A program made the translations under genes and the position numbers. From assembly GCA_033764015.1 (NCBI GenBank), contig JANRJK010000013.1, forward strand, positions 384,001 through 448,000: DNA of 64,000 bases, given 5' to 3'. The DNA comes from Candidatus Sumerlaeia bacterium. Its GTDB lineage: Bacteria; Sumerlaeota; Sumerlaeia; SLMS01; JANRJK01. The first letter of the stretch is position 1. Every line of letters begins with the position of its first letter. The notes below the pieces were generated by a model. It had not been told where the DNA came from. It saw only the letters and a program-made list of their open reading frames with translations, and did not search any database. Shown one piece after another: positions 37,316 through 47,775 of this stretch.

Positions 37316-37688
37316 GTGTGCTGCTCCCCCGGGCGGTTGCCCTCCATAGCCTATGCAGGGATCATCACCTAACTACTCCGCAACGCAAGCTTAGTGGTAA
37401 TGTCGCGCACAACTGTTGGCCGAATGGCGATGGTTGCGGCCCCTTGAGGGGCCGAACTGCGGCGCAGGGCCACGGTTCCCACCCCCTCTGCCCGGGAGGA
37501 AGAGCGGTGGTTACCGTTGGCGGCATTTGTCCCGGCGCCCGCGGGTGGCAGTGGCCCGGGGATTCGAGAGCGTGCGGGGGGGGCGCCGCTGGCGGGGGTG
37601 CGGGGAAGACCTGGCAGGGGGTTCGGTTTTCCGCCTTGCTGCCCGGCGATGCGCCCGCTTCTCTGGAGGCTGGACCCCCGGAGGCAGG

Positions 37689-39218
37689 ATGAACCCCGTA
37701 CACCTTACGCTGGATGGGCAATCGCTCACCTTGGAGGCGCTCGCGCCGCTGGTGGCGGGGGAGCGGGTGCGCGCGGAGCCGGTGCCCGCCGCGTGGGACG
37801 CGGTGCGGCGTTCGGCGGCGGCGCTTCAAGCGCTCGACCTCGCCGGAGCGCCGCTCTACGGCATCAACACGGGCTTCGGCTCGCTCTGCAACGTGGCCGT
37901 CGCGCCGGCGGAGCTCGCCGGGCTGCAGACCAACCTGCTCCGCAGCCACGCTTGCGGGGTCGGCGACCCCACCCCTCCGGAAGTCGTGCGGATCATGCTC
38001 GCGCTCAAGGCGCAGAGCTTCTGCCGCGGGCACTCCTCGATCCGCCCGGAAGTTGTCGAGCGCCTGCTGCTGTTCCTCGCCGAGGATGCGCTGCCGCTCG
38101 TGCCCGCGCAGGGATCGCTCGGCGCGTCGGGCGACTTGGCGCCGCTCGCGCACCTGTCGCTGCCGCTGATCGGCGAGGGCGCTTTCCGGATGGCGGACGG
38201 GTCCGCCGAGGACGCGGCGCCGTGGCACCGCGTGCGGGGCTTGGAGCCGCTGCGGCTTGGCCCGAAGGAGGGTCTCGCGCTCATCAACGGCACGCAATTC
38301 CTGACGGCGCACGCGGCCGCCGCGCTGGTCCGCGCGCGCCATGCGGCCCGGACGCTGGACTGCGCGGCGGCGATGAGCCTCGAGGCGATGGCGGGGCGCG
38401 CGCTGCCGTTCGACGAGCGCATCGCCGCGGTCCGTCCGCACCGCGGAGTCGCCGGGGTGATGGCGCGGATCCGCGGCCTCACGAAGGGCAGCGCCCTTCT
38501 GGACGGCGCCGGCGCTGCGCCCCGCGTCCAAGACCCCTACTCCTTCCGCTGCGTCCCGCAGGTGCATGGCGCCGCCTGCGACGCGCTCGCCTATGCGGAA
38601 GGGGTGGTCGAAACGGAGCTGAACTCGACGACGGACAATCCGTTGGTGCTGGAGGACGGCTCGTACCACAGCGGCGGCAACTTCCACGGCGAGCCGGTCG
38701 CGCTGGCGATGGACTTCGCCGCGATCGCGATGACGGAGCTGGCCTCGATCTCGGAGCGGCGGGTCTTTTGGCTGCTCGAGGGCGCCCGGGTCGGCCTGCC
38801 CCCGATGCTGGCGGGGGGACGGGGCGGGCTCCACTCCGGCTTCATGATCGCGCAGTACACGGCCGCCGCGCTCGTCAGCGAATGCAAGCTGCTCGCGCAC
38901 CCCGCCAGCGTGGACACGATCCCCTCGTCGAACGGGCAGGAGGACCACGTCAGCATGGGGAGCATCGCCGCGCGGAAGGCGCTTTCCGTGGCGGCGATGC
39001 TCGAGCGCGTCGCGGCCGTGGAGCTGCTCTGCGCCGCGCAGGCGCTGGACGCGAGGGGGGCGGAACGGGCCGGGGCCGGCACCCGGGCTCTCCATGCGCG
39101 GGTGCGGGAACTGGCGCCGCCCCTCGAAGGCGACCGCCCGCTTTCTTGCGAAATCGAATGCTTGGCACGGGCGCTCGGGCGTGGAGAAATGGCGCCCCAC
39201 GGACAAGGAGCAGACTAA
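37689..39218 (+). CDS. hutH: Histidine ammonia-lyase
   Basis: YGINTGFG, NLLRSHACG, GASGDLAPL (MIO), KEGLALING, QDPYSFRC, GGNFHG, QEDHVSMG. Confidence 0.96.
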   Translation: MNPVHLTLDGQSLTLEALAPLVAGERVRAEPVPAAWDAVRRSAAALQALDLAGAPLYGINTGFGSLCNVAVAPAELAGLQTNLLRSHACGVGDPTPPEVVRIMLALKAQSFCRGHSSIRPEVVERLLLFLAEDALPLVPAQGSLGASGDLAPLAHLSLPLIGEGAFRMADGSAEDAAPWHRVRGLEPLRLGPKEGLALINGTQFLTAHAAAALVRARHAARTLDCAAAMSLEAMAGRALPFDERIAAVRPHRGVAGVMARIRGLTKGSALLDGAGAAPRVQDPYSFRCVPQVHGAACDALAYAEGVVETELNSTTDNPLVLEDGSYHSGGNFHGEPVALAMDFAAIAMTELASISERRVFWLLEGARVGLPPMLAGGRGGLHSGFMIAQYTAAALVSECKLLAHPASVDTIPSSNGQEDHVSMGSIAARKALSVAAMLERVAAVELLCAAQALDARGAERAGAGTRALHARVRELAPPLEGDRPLSCEIECLARALGRGEMAPHGQGAD

Positions 39219-40889
39219 ATGGGCAGCATGCACGACACCGCCGAGATGATCCGCGCCGCACGCGGCCCGAGGATCAGCTGCGCCAACTGGCAAATCGAAG
39301 CGGCCATGCGCATGCTGATGAACAACCTCGACTCCGACGTCGCCGAGGACCCGGACAACCTGGTGGTCTACGGCGGCAGCGGCAAGGCGGCGCGCAACTG
39401 GCCCAGCTACTACCGCATCGTGACCGCGCTCCGGGGCATGGCCGCCGACGAGACCCTGATCGTCCAGAGCGGGAAGCCCGTCGCCGTCTTCCGCACGCAC
39501 GAGGGCGCGCCCCGCGTGCTCATCGCCAATTCGAACCTCGTCCCCAAGTGGGCCACCTGGGAGAAGTTCCACGAGCTCGACGCCCTCGGGCTCATGATGT
39601 ACGGCCAGATGACCGCCGGGAGCTGGATTTACATCGGCTCGCAGGGCATCGTCCAGGGCACCTACGAGACCTTCATGGAGGCGGGGCGGCGGCACTTCGG
39701 CGGCAGCCTCGCGGGGCGCCTCGTCGTGACCGCCGGCCTCGGCGGCATGGGCGGCGCCCAGCCCCTCGCCGCCACCATGGCGGGCGCGTGCTGCATCGCC
39801 ATCGAGGTGGACCGCGCCCGCATCCACCGCCGCCTCCAGACCCGCTACGTCGACCACTCGACGGAGCATCTCGAGGACGCGCTGCAGACCTGCCTCGACG
39901 CGATGTCGCAGGGGCGCACGGTCTCCGTCGCGCTGCTCGGCAACGCGGCGGACGTGCTGCCGGCGCTGCTCGAACGCGGCGTCCGCCCGGACATCGTGAC
40001 GGACCAGACCTCGGCGCACGACCCGCTGAATGGATACGTGCCGAACGAGCTCGCCTACGAGGACGCGGTCGACCTGCGCGACGACGATCCGGAGGAGTAC
40101 ACGCGCCGCTCGATGCTCGCGATGGCCGCCCACGTGCGCGCGATGCTCGAGTTCAAGCGGCGGGGCTCGATCGTCTTCGACTACGGCAACAACATCCGCG
40201 CCCAGGCGAAGGAGGCTGGCGTCGAGAACGCTTTCGATATCCCCGGCTTCGTCCCCGAGTACATCCGCCCGATGTTCTGCGAAGGGAACGGTCCGTTCCG
40301 CTGGGTGGCGCTCTCCGGCGATCCGGAGGACATCCGCAAGACCGACGCGGCGCTTCTGGAGCTGTTCCCGGAGAACGAGCGCCTGGCGCGCTGGCTCAAG
40401 CTGGCGGGGGAGCGCATCGCTTTCCAGGGCCTTCCCGCGCGCATCTGCTGGCTCAAGTACGGCGAACGCGCGAAGGCGGGCCTGCTCTTCAACAAGATGG
40501 TGCGCGAGAAGCAGCTCAAGGCGCCCATCGTCATCGGGCGCGACCACCTCGACTGCGGCTCCGTGGCGTCGCCGAACCGCGAGACCGAGGGCATGATGGA
40601 CGGCTCGGACGCGGTCGCTGACTGGCCGCTGCTCAACGCGCTGCTGAACACCGCGTCTGGCGCGACTTGGGTGTCGCTGCACCACGGCGGCGGCGTCGGC
40701 ATGGGCTACTCGATCCACTCGGGAATGGTTGTCGTCGCCGACGGCACGCCTGCGATGGACGAGCGCCTCGCCCGCGTCCTGACGACCGACCCCGGCATGG
40801 GCGTCGTCCGCCACGCGGACGCGGGTTACCCGCGCGCCATCGACGTGGCGAAGCGCGAAGGCATCCAAATCCCCTTCCTGACGATGTAG
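39219..40889 (+). CDS. hutU: Urocanate hydratase
   Basis: [58 protein letters not shown]. Confidence 0.98.
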   Translation: MGSMHDTAEMIRAARGPRISCANWQIEAAMRMLMNNLDSDVAEDPDNLVVYGGSGKAARNWPSYYRIVTALRGMAADETLIVQSGKPVAVFRTHEGAPRVLIANSNLVPKWATWEKFHELDALGLMMYGQMTAGSWIYIGSQGIVQGTYETFMEAGRRHFGGSLAGRLVVTAGLGGMGGAQPLAATMAGACCIAIEVDRARIHRRLQTRYVDHSTEHLEDALQTCLDAMSQGRTVSVALLGNAADVLPALLERGVRPDIVTDQTSAHDPLNGYVPNELAYEDAVDLRDDDPEEYTRRSMLAMAAHVRAMLEFKRRGSIVFDYGNNIRAQAKEAGVENAFDIPGFVPEYIRPMFCEGNGPFRWVALSGDPEDIRKTDAALLELFPENERLARWLKLAGERIAFQGLPARICWLKYGERAKAGLLFNKMVREKQLKAPIVIGRDHLDCGSVASPNRETEGMMDGSDAVADWPLLNALLNTASGATWVSLHHGGGVGMGYSIHSGMVVVADGTPAMDERLARVLTTDPGMGVVRHADAGYPRAIDVAKREGIQIPFLTM

Positions 40890-40893
40890 CCGC

Positions 40894-42105
40894 GTGCCGC
40901 CGCTGCTCCTGCGCCACGCGACGGTCTTCGCGGGCGAGCGCCATTGGCCGCTCCTCGCGGACCACATGGTGTTCGCGGACCTGGGGCGCATCCTGGCCGT
41001 GCTGCCGGAGGGCGGCGCGCACTCGCTCAAGCTGCCCCCGAACGCGCTCGAGGTGGACTGCGCCGGCGCGCTGCTGACTCCCGGGCTCATCGACTGCCAC
41101 ACGCACCTTCTCTTCGGCGGCGCCCGCGCCAAAGAGTTCGCCATGCGCCTCGCCGGGCGACCCTACCAGGAGATCGCCGCGGCCGGTGGCGGCATCGCCT
41201 CCACGGTGCGCGCCACCCGCGCGGCGTCCGACGAGGGGCTGCTGGCCGCGGCCATGGCCCGCCTCGGCGAGATGGCCCGGCAAGGCGTCACCACGGTCGA
41301 AGTGAAGAGCGGCTACGGCCTCGACACGGAGCACGAGCTGCGCCTGCTGCGCCTGGCGCGCGAGCTCGGGCGCCGCGCGCCGCAAGAGATTGTGCCCACT
41401 TTCCTGGGTGCGCACGCGGTGGGACCGGAGTTTTCCGGCGACCGCGCCGCGTACCTCCGCTGCGTCCGGGAGGAGATGCTCCCCGCGGTCGCGCGGGAGA
41501 AGCTCGCCACCTCCGTGGACGCGTTCTGCGAAACCGGCGCGTTCACCGCGGAGGAGGTGTCGGAACTCTTCGGCGAGGCCCGCGCGCTCGGCCTGCGGGT
41601 GCGGATCCACGCGGAGCAGTTCGGTTGGCACGGCGGAGCGGCGATGGCCGCGCGGCACGGGGCCCTCTCCGCGGACCACCTCGAGTACCTCAAGCCGGAG
41701 GAGGCGCCGCTGCTGGCCGCGTCTGGCACGGTGGCGGTGCTGCTGCCCGGCGCGCAGCTCACTCTCGCGCTTCCGAACCCGCCGGTCGCCGCGCTGCGCG
41801 AGGCGGGCGCGGCGATCGCGCTCGCGACCGACTGCAATCCCGGCACCAGCATGACGACGAACCTACACTTGATGCTGCAACTCGGCGCGGCGCTCTACCG
41901 CCTGTCGCCGGAGGAGTGCCTCGCCGCCGCGACCGCGAACGCCGCCCGCGCGCTCGGCATCCGCGAGCGCACCGGCACCATCGCGCCGGGCCAGGCGGCG
42001 GACTTGCTCCTGTGGGACGCCGCGACACCCGCCGAGGCGCTCTACCGCCTCGGCGCCGCACCGGTCCGGCGCGTCTGGAAAGGCGGAAGGGAGATCACCC
42101 CATGA
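40894..42105 (+). CDS. hutI: Imidazolonepropionase
   Basis: PGLIDCHTH, GGGIASTVRATR, EVKSGYGL, HAEQ, DHLE, ATDCNPGTS. Confidence 0.95.
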   Translation: MPPLLLRHATVFAGERHWPLLADHMVFADLGRILAVLPEGGAHSLKLPPNALEVDCAGALLTPGLIDCHTHLLFGGARAKEFAMRLAGRPYQEIAAAGGGIASTVRATRAASDEGLLAAAMARLGEMARQGVTTVEVKSGYGLDTEHELRLLRLARELGRRAPQEIVPTFLGAHAVGPEFSGDRAAYLRCVREEMLPAVAREKLATSVDAFCETGAFTAEEVSELFGEARALGLRVRIHAEQFGWHGGAAMAARHGALSADHLEYLKPEEAPLLAASGTVAVLLPGAQLTLALPNPPVAALREAGAAIALATDCNPGTSMTTNLHLMLQLGAALYRLSPEECLAAATANAARALGIRERTGTIAPGQAADLLLWDAATPAEALYRLGAAPVRRVWKGGREITP

Positions 42106-43070
42106 TCGACTTCGACGAGCTGGTCCCGGCCCCCATCGAGCTGTTCGGAGGCGGCGCCGATATCCATGACGTGAAGATCGGCAGCGTGTTCCGGCGCGTG
42201 GTGCGCGACACTCCGACCGAGGGGCTCCGGGTGGCGGTGATCGGCTTTCCGGTCGACGACGGCGTCCGGCGGAACCATGGCCGCCCGGGCGCGGCGCAGG
42301 CCCCCGGCGCGGTGCGGCGCGTGCTCGCGCGGCTGAACGCGCGCGACGCCTTCCGGCGGGCGATCCCCGGCGGCGTCGTGGGCGACTTCGGGAACGTGGC
42401 GCCCCGCGCGTCGCTGGAGGAGTCGCAGGAGCGCGCGGCGCGCATCGTCGCGGCGCTTCTGGGGCAGGGCCTCGCCGTGGTCCTGCTCGGCGGCGGCCAC
42501 GAGACGGCCCGCTGCCATGGCGAGGCGCTCCTCGCGCTTCCGGGGCGGTCCCATCTGCTGAACGTCGATCCGCACCTCGACGTGCGCGAGTCGGCGGACA
42601 ACCGCCCGACCTCCGGCAATCCGTTCCGGCTGGCCTTGGAGGCGGCGCGGGGGAGGCTGCGGTACACCGCGGTCGGCGCGCGCCCGGAGTTCAACGCGGC
42701 GGCCTATGCGGAGTACGTCCTGACCCGCGGCGGGACCATCTGTTGGAGCGATGGACGCGCGGATTGGCAGGCCTCCGACGCGCTGGCCCGCGAGCTCGCC
42801 CTCGGGCACGAACCCAACGCGGGCGTATCGCTCGATATCGACGCCGTGGAGAGCGGTTCCGCTCCCGGCAGCAGCGCCGCCTCGCCGACGGGCATCTCCG
42901 CGCACGAGTTCGTGGCGTGCGCGCGCGCCGCCGGCGGCGACCCGCGGGTGCGCATGCTCGAGGTGAGCGAGTTCGCCCCGCCCTACGACCGCGACGGGCA
43001 GACGGCGCGCGTGGCCGCGCTGGCGGTGCAGGCGTTCCTCTTCGCCGGAGGCGGCGCCGCGCGCCTGTGA
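42102..43070 (+). CDS. hutG: Formimidoylglutamase (arginase family)
   Basis: GVRRNHGRPGA, GGGHE, DPHLD, SGNPF, DIDA, APG, EFAP.YD; last gene of hut operon. Confidence 0.88.
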   Translation: MIDFDELVPAPIELFGGGADIHDVKIGSVFRRVVRDTPTEGLRVAVIGFPVDDGVRRNHGRPGAAQAPGAVRRVLARLNARDAFRRAIPGGVVGDFGNVAPRASLEESQERAARIVAALLGQGLAVVLLGGGHETARCHGEALLALPGRSHLLNVDPHLDVRESADNRPTSGNPFRLALEAARGRLRYTAVGARPEFNAAAYAEYVLTRGGTICWSDGRADWQASDALARELALGHEPNAGVSLDIDAVESGSAPGSSAASPTGISAHEFVACARAAGGDPRVRMLEVSEFAPPYDRDGQTARVAALAVQAFLFAGGGAARL

Positions 43071-43195
43071 ACGCGCCGCACCGCGCCGCGTACCAAATGG
43101 TACGGCGCGGGCGGCAATGCAAGCGGCGCGGCCCCTCCCCGCGTGGCACGCGACTGGGTAGTGCAACCCTCGCCACCACGCGCCCGGAGCGAGCC

Positions 43196-44773
43196 ATGCG
43201 AACACTCGTCACCTTCCTGCTGACACTCCTCGCCGCCTCCGCGCTCTCCGCGCAGGAGCGCCTCGACAGCGCGGGGATCGACCGCCTCATCGATGCGCGC
43301 CTCTCGGCGGAGGGCGTCGCCGCCGCACCGCCCGCCGACGACAGCGAATTCCTCAGGCGCCTCTCGCTCGACACCCGGGGCACGATCCCCAGCGTCGAGG
43401 AGACGATCGCGTTCCTCGCCGACCGCTCGCCGGAGAAGCGCGCGGAGGCGATCGAGCGCTTCCTCGCGGATCCGAAGCGCGGCGAAGCATGGGGCGCCTA
43501 CTGGGACAAAGTCCTCATCGGGAACTTCGAAGGCGCCAACAACCAGATGGTCCGGATGGGCGCTAAGTCGCTCTTCCGCGAGTGGGTCGCGGAGCAGTTC
43601 AACCAGAACACCCCCTACGACAAGTTCGCGGAGGCCATCATCACCGCCGAAGGTCAGGTGCGCGAGAGCCCGCAGGGGCTCCCCACGCTCCGCTACCGGG
43701 AAAGCGTCGCGGACCTTTCCGGCTCCATGACGCGCGTCTTCCTCGGCAAACAGGTGCAGTGCGCGCAGTGCCACAACCACCCCTACGACGAGAACCTCAC
43801 GCAGCAGGACTTCTGGGAGCTGGCGGCGTTCTTCGACCGGACCAAGGCTCGCCCGGTGAGGGACGAAAACGGCCGCTTCGCCGGGTTCAACATCTCCGAG
43901 GTTCCCCGCGGGCGCACCTTCATCCCGGACACGTCGCCCCGCGTCGAGGTGCAGCCCGTGTGGCTGGACGGCACCAAGGGTCCCATCGGGCTGGCGGCGC
44001 AACGGCGCGAGTCCTACGTCACCATGCTCACGTACCACGACCGCGAGCAGTTCGCTCGCAACATGGCGAACCGGTTGTGGGCGCACTACTTCGGGCGGGG
44101 TCTCGTCGAGCCCGTCGACGACTGGCAGAACCCCTACGCCACTCCGAGCCACCCGGAGCTGATGGAGGCGCTCGCGACCGAGTTCCTCGCAGCGGACCTC
44201 GACATCCGCCACCTCGAGCGGCTCGTCCTCAACACGCGCACCTACCAGCGCGGCTCGACGGCGGACGCGGTGCAGCGCGCCCGCGCGGACCTGTTCGCCG
44301 CGGCGCCGCTCCGCCCGCTCACCCCGGACCAGCTCTTCAACTCGATAGACGCGGCGACGAACCTCTCGTCGCTCGCGGCGAACCGGCCCGCCGCGGCGGC
44401 GTTCCCGGACGCGCTACGCCTCCGCTACCTCGCGCAGTTCACCTTCCTCTTCGACAACGACGAGATGGAGGAGGTGGACACCTTCGAGCCGAACCTGTCG
44501 CAGGCGCTCTTCATGCTCAACGACAAGACGCTCGCGCAGGCGGTGTCCAACCGCGGCGGCTCGATGATCGCGGAGATCATCGAGACGACGAAGGACCCGG
44601 GCGAGCAGGTCGCGTACCTTTTCCTGGCGGCGCTGTCGCGGCGCCCCTCGGCAGAGGAGGCCGGCGCCTACGCGGAGCTGCTGCGCTCCGCCGCGGGGAC
44701 GCAGCGCAACCGGGCGCTCGAGGACATCCTGTGGGTCCTCGTGAACTCCGCCGAGTTCCGGACCAACCATTGA
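43196..44773 (+). CDS. DUF1549/DUF1553 domain protein
   Basis: Signal peptide; ADDSEFLRRLSLD..GTIP, PYD.F, FLG..VQCAQCHNHP, NRLWAHYFGRGLV.PVDD, SHPEL, LVNSAEF. Confidence 0.9.
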   Translation: MRTLVTFLLTLLAASALSAQERLDSAGIDRLIDARLSAEGVAAAPPADDSEFLRRLSLDTRGTIPSVEETIAFLADRSPEKRAEAIERFLADPKRGEAWGAYWDKVLIGNFEGANNQMVRMGAKSLFREWVAEQFNQNTPYDKFAEAIITAEGQVRESPQGLPTLRYRESVADLSGSMTRVFLGKQVQCAQCHNHPYDENLTQQDFWELAAFFDRTKARPVRDENGRFAGFNISEVPRGRTFIPDTSPRVEVQPVWLDGTKGPIGLAAQRRESYVTMLTYHDREQFARNMANRLWAHYFGRGLVEPVDDWQNPYATPSHPELMEALATEFLAADLDIRHLERLVLNTRTYQRGSTADAVQRARADLFAAAPLRPLTPDQLFNSIDAATNLSSLAANRPAAAAFPDALRLRYLAQFTFLFDNDEMEEVDTFEPNLSQALFMLNDKTLAQAVSNRGGSMIAEIIETTKDPGEQVAYLFLAALSRRPSAEEAGAYAELLRSAAGTQRNRALEDILWVLVNSAEFRTNH

Positions 44774-44802
44774 CAATGTCAACGAACGAAGGAGGAGCAG
44801 CC

Positions 44803-46158
44803 ATGGGCCACGCGCACGACGACCACCACTGCCATTCGCCGGAGCACGACGCGGGCGTCTCCTCGCGGCGCACCTTCCTCAAGCGCGCCATCGGCGCGTG
44901 GCTCGGGATGTCGCTCGCCTCGCCGATGCTCGGGCTGTTCGACCAGGGTACGGGGGGCGGACTGAGCGGCCTCTGGACGCCGGCCGCCTCCGCGGCGGAG
45001 GGCGCCGCGCCGAAGGCCGTCCGATCCGTGGTGCTGCTCTGGATGGACGGCGGCCCCTCGCAGCTAGACACCTTCGATCCCAAGCCCGGCGCCCCGACCG
45101 CGGGGCAGTTCCGCGCGATGAAGACCGCGCTCCCCGGGGCGCTCTTCACCGAGCACCTGGAGCGCACCGCATCCATCGCGGACCGCCTTTGCGTTGTCCG
45201 CTCCATGTCCACCAAGGAAGGCAACCACTCGCGCGCGAAGCACTACCTCCGCACCGGCTACGCGCCGACCGGCCCGGTGGCGTTTCCGGGCATGGGCTCG
45301 ATGGTGGCCTCGCAGCTCGCCGCGGAGTCCTCCGCGAAGATCCCGATGAACGTCTCGATCAACGCGCCGGGCACCGGAAGCGGCTGGCTCGGCGTCCAGT
45401 ACGACCCCTTCCACGTGCAGAACGCCGGGCGCCCGGTGCAGAACCTCGCGCTGCCCAAGGGCGTCGCGGAGGAGCGCTTCGAACGGCGCATGGCGCTGCT
45501 GGCGGAGCAGCAGGAGCGCTTCGCCCAGCGGCTCGGCAGCGCGAAGTCGGTGCGCAACCTGCAGGAGGTGAACGAGGCGGCGCGCGCGTTCATGGAGGCC
45601 CCGGAGGCGGACGCCTTCGACATCTCGCAGGAGCCCGACACGGTCAGGGACGCCTACGGCCGCAACAAGTTCGGCGAGGGCTGCCTGATGGCGCGGCGCC
45701 TTGTGCAGCGCGGCGTGAAGTTCGTCGAGGTCTCGCTCGGCGGCTGGGACACGCACGAGGACAACTTCACCCGCGTGAAGGAGAACCTCGGCCAACTCGA
45801 TCCGGGGCTGTGGTCGCTGGTGCTTGACCTCGAGACGAAGGGGCTGCTCGACACGACGCTGGTGGTCTGCATGGGCGAGTTCGGCCGCACGCCGCGCCTC
45901 AACCCGCGGGAGGGCCGCGACCACTTCCCGCGCGCCTGGAGCGCGGTCCTCGCCGGCGGGGGAGTGCGCCCCGGCGTCGTCGGCGCGACCAGCGACGACG
46001 GGTCGGAAGTCGTGTCGCGAAAGACCTCGGTGGAAGACCTCTACCGGACGATTTACACGCGGCTGGCGATTTCGCCGGACCAGGTGTGGGACACGCCTTC
46101 CGGCCGCCCGATCAAGACCGTGAACGGCGGCGAAGTGATCCGCGAAGTGCTGGGATAG
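44803..46158 (+). CDS. DUF1501 domain protein (Tat-exported)
   Basis: SRRTFLK Tat motif, LWMDGGPSQLDTFDPKP, ARRLV..GVKFVEV, GWDTH, GEFGRTP, GRDHFP; ggaggag RBS. Alternative start 44776. Confidence 0.92.
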   Translation: MGHAHDDHHCHSPEHDAGVSSRRTFLKRAIGAWLGMSLASPMLGLFDQGTGGGLSGLWTPAASAAEGAAPKAVRSVVLLWMDGGPSQLDTFDPKPGAPTAGQFRAMKTALPGALFTEHLERTASIADRLCVVRSMSTKEGNHSRAKHYLRTGYAPTGPVAFPGMGSMVASQLAAESSAKIPMNVSINAPGTGSGWLGVQYDPFHVQNAGRPVQNLALPKGVAEERFERRMALLAEQQERFAQRLGSAKSVRNLQEVNEAARAFMEAPEADAFDISQEPDTVRDAYGRNKFGEGCLMARRLVQRGVKFVEVSLGGWDTHEDNFTRVKENLGQLDPGLWSLVLDLETKGLLDTTLVVCMGEFGRTPRLNPREGRDHFPRAWSAVLAGGGVRPGVVGATSDDGSEVVSRKTSVEDLYRTIYTRLAISPDQVWDTPSGRPIKTVNGGEVIREVLG

Positions 46159-46165
46159 CGGCCGG

Positions 46166-46957
46166 CTACTCTCCGAGCAGGTCGCCGAGGATCGCGACCG
46201 CGTCGTTGGACGGCATGGGCGGGGCGGGGCGCCCGAAGAAGTACCCCTGGCCAAGGTAGCCGCCGGCGAAGGTCACGATGGAAAGCATCTGCATGTCTTC
46301 GATCCCTTCGACGACGAGCGTGTAACCAAGGCTTTCCTGGCAGCGCGCGAAGGTGCTGATGGTGCGCGCCGCCTCGACCGGGGTCATCGCCTCGAAGACC
46401 GACTTGTCGATCTTGATGTAGTCGGGCCGCACCCGCAGGTGGCGGTGCGTCAGGTCCTTGGGCATCAAGTCGTCAAGCGCGATGCGGATGCCCTCGGCCT
46501 TGATGCGTTCGAAGAGCGGCTGCAGCTCGGCCAGCTCGGCGGTGGTGGCGCTCTCGTGGATCTCGAGGACCACGTGGCGCGTCTCGCCGAGGAGCGGGCG
46601 CAGCTTCGAGACTACATAGTCTAGCCCGCCCTCCTCGAGGAGCGTCATCGCATAGACGTTGAGGAAGATGTTGGTGGTGCGGGAGAGCGTGGCGGCGGTG
46701 GCGGTGGTCTGGGCCAGGCAGCGGCGGTCGAACGCGGTGAGGATCCCGGTCGCGCGCGCCAGTTCGAGGAGTCCTGCGGGCGCCTGGACGTTCCCCTCGT
46801 GGAGACCCCGGACGAGGACTTCGAAACCCCACACATCGTTCCGGCGGAGGTCGTGGATCGGCATCACGTGGGCGGTGAGGCCCATGCGCAGGAGGTCCGG
46901 GCGCTCGGGGAGGGCGCCGTTGACTCCGCTTTCCAGCTCGCGCAGTGGCTCGTTCAT
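46166..46957 (-). CDS. Stand-alone EAL-domain protein (c-di-GMP phosphodiesterase-like)
   Basis: EVLVR, FLNV, LEIHE, IALDD, YIKIDK, VVEGIE, QGYFFGRP. Confidence 0.88.
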   Translation of the reverse strand: MNEPLRELESGVNGALPERPDLLRMGLTAHVMPIHDLRRNDVWGFEVLVRGLHEGNVQAPAGLLELARATGILTAFDRRCLAQTTATAATLSRTTNIFLNVYAMTLLEEGGLDYVVSKLRPLLGETRHVVLEIHESATTAELAELQPLFERIKAEGIRIALDDLMPKDLTHRHLRVRPDYIKIDKSVFEAMTPVEAARTISTFARCQESLGYTLVVEGIEDMQMLSIVTFAGGYLGQGYFFGRPAPPMPSNDAVAILGDLLGE

Positions 46958-47036
46958 CCTCGATACGCCGTTGGGGGAGTCCGCCCGGTTAGCTTCGCAG
47001 CACGCTTATGGTTGTTGCGGCGGGCGGTCCAAATCT

Positions 47037-47056
47037 CAACCCGGAAATTCGGGTTG
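47037..47056. terminator. Hairpin in the EAL-gmhA intergenic region
   Basis: caacccg-gaaatt-cgggttg flanked by a T-rich tract. Confidence 0.35.
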
Positions 47057-47178
47057 TTCATTTTCTTGGAATTCGGATGTTGCGCCGCGTTGTGACGGCC
47101 CGTCGGCTCCGACGATCCAAGGGGGAGTAGCTGGTGCGGGGCGGAGGGATTGGCACCGCTAAAGCGATTGCGCCCGGG

Positions 47179-47775
47179 TCAGCCGGAGAATGCGGCGTCC
47201 ACCGCTTCGCACCAGGCATGGTAGATCATCAGGTGGAGTTCCTGGATCCGGGCGGTTTCGCCATGGGGAACCCGGACCGCCACGTCCACGAGTTCCGCGC
47301 ATCCTTCCGCGGACTTGCCGACGAGCGCGATGCGGCCCATCCCTAGGGGGGCGGCGGCTCGGAACGCCTCGAGGACGTTCCGTGAGGAGCCGCTTGTGCT
47401 GATTCCCACGAGCAAGTCCCCGCGGGCGCCGAACGCCTCCACCTGCCGTGCGAACACGCGTTCGTAGCCGAAGTCGTTCGCGACACTTGTCAGGATCGAG
47501 CTGTCGGTCGTCAGGGCGATGGCGGGGAGCGCTCGCCGCGACTTGCCGACGAAGCGTCCGACGATCTCGGCGGCGAGATGCTGCGCGTCCGCGGCGCTGC
47601 CGCCATTGCCGCAGATCAAGATCTTCCCCCCGGATAGCAGCGTCTCGACGAGGAGCGCCCCGGCCGCCGCCGCCTGCTCCGGCCCTCCGGAAGCGGCGAA
47701 CTCGTCGAGGGCGCGGCGGTGTTCCGCGGAGACGCGCGCCAGCGCGTCGGCCACCGTCGTCTTGGCGCGGCTCAT
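47179..47775 (-). CDS. gmhA: D-sedoheptulose-7-phosphate isomerase
   Basis: CGNGGSAADAQH, NDFG..F.RQV, ISTSGSS.NV, RIQELH. Confidence 0.96.
   Translation of the reverse strand: MSRAKTTVADALARVSAEHRRALDEFAASGGPEQAAAAGALLVETLLSGGKILICGNGGSAADAQHLAAEIVGRFVGKSRRALPAIALTTDSSILTSVANDFGYERVFARQVEAFGARGDLLVGISTSGSSRNVLEAFRAAAPLGMGRIALVGKSAEGCAELVDVAVRVPHGETARIQELHLMIYHAWCEAVDAAFSG

Noticed and set aside
37316..37688. Possible riboswitch upstream of hutH
   Set aside because: Only isolated fragments (caactgt, gccactg, gggaag) on inconsistent strands and one hairpin; no full consensus
37365..41144. 1259-aa antisense ORF and other long overlapping ORFs (e.g. 15863-18073, 20703-23297, 37517-40621)
   Set aside because: Stop-poor shadow frames of high-GC genes; no recognisable motifs
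47151..47165. TGGCAC-like sigma-54 promoter (GG-N10-GC)
   Set aside because: Lacks TTGC and points antisense into the gmhA 3' end
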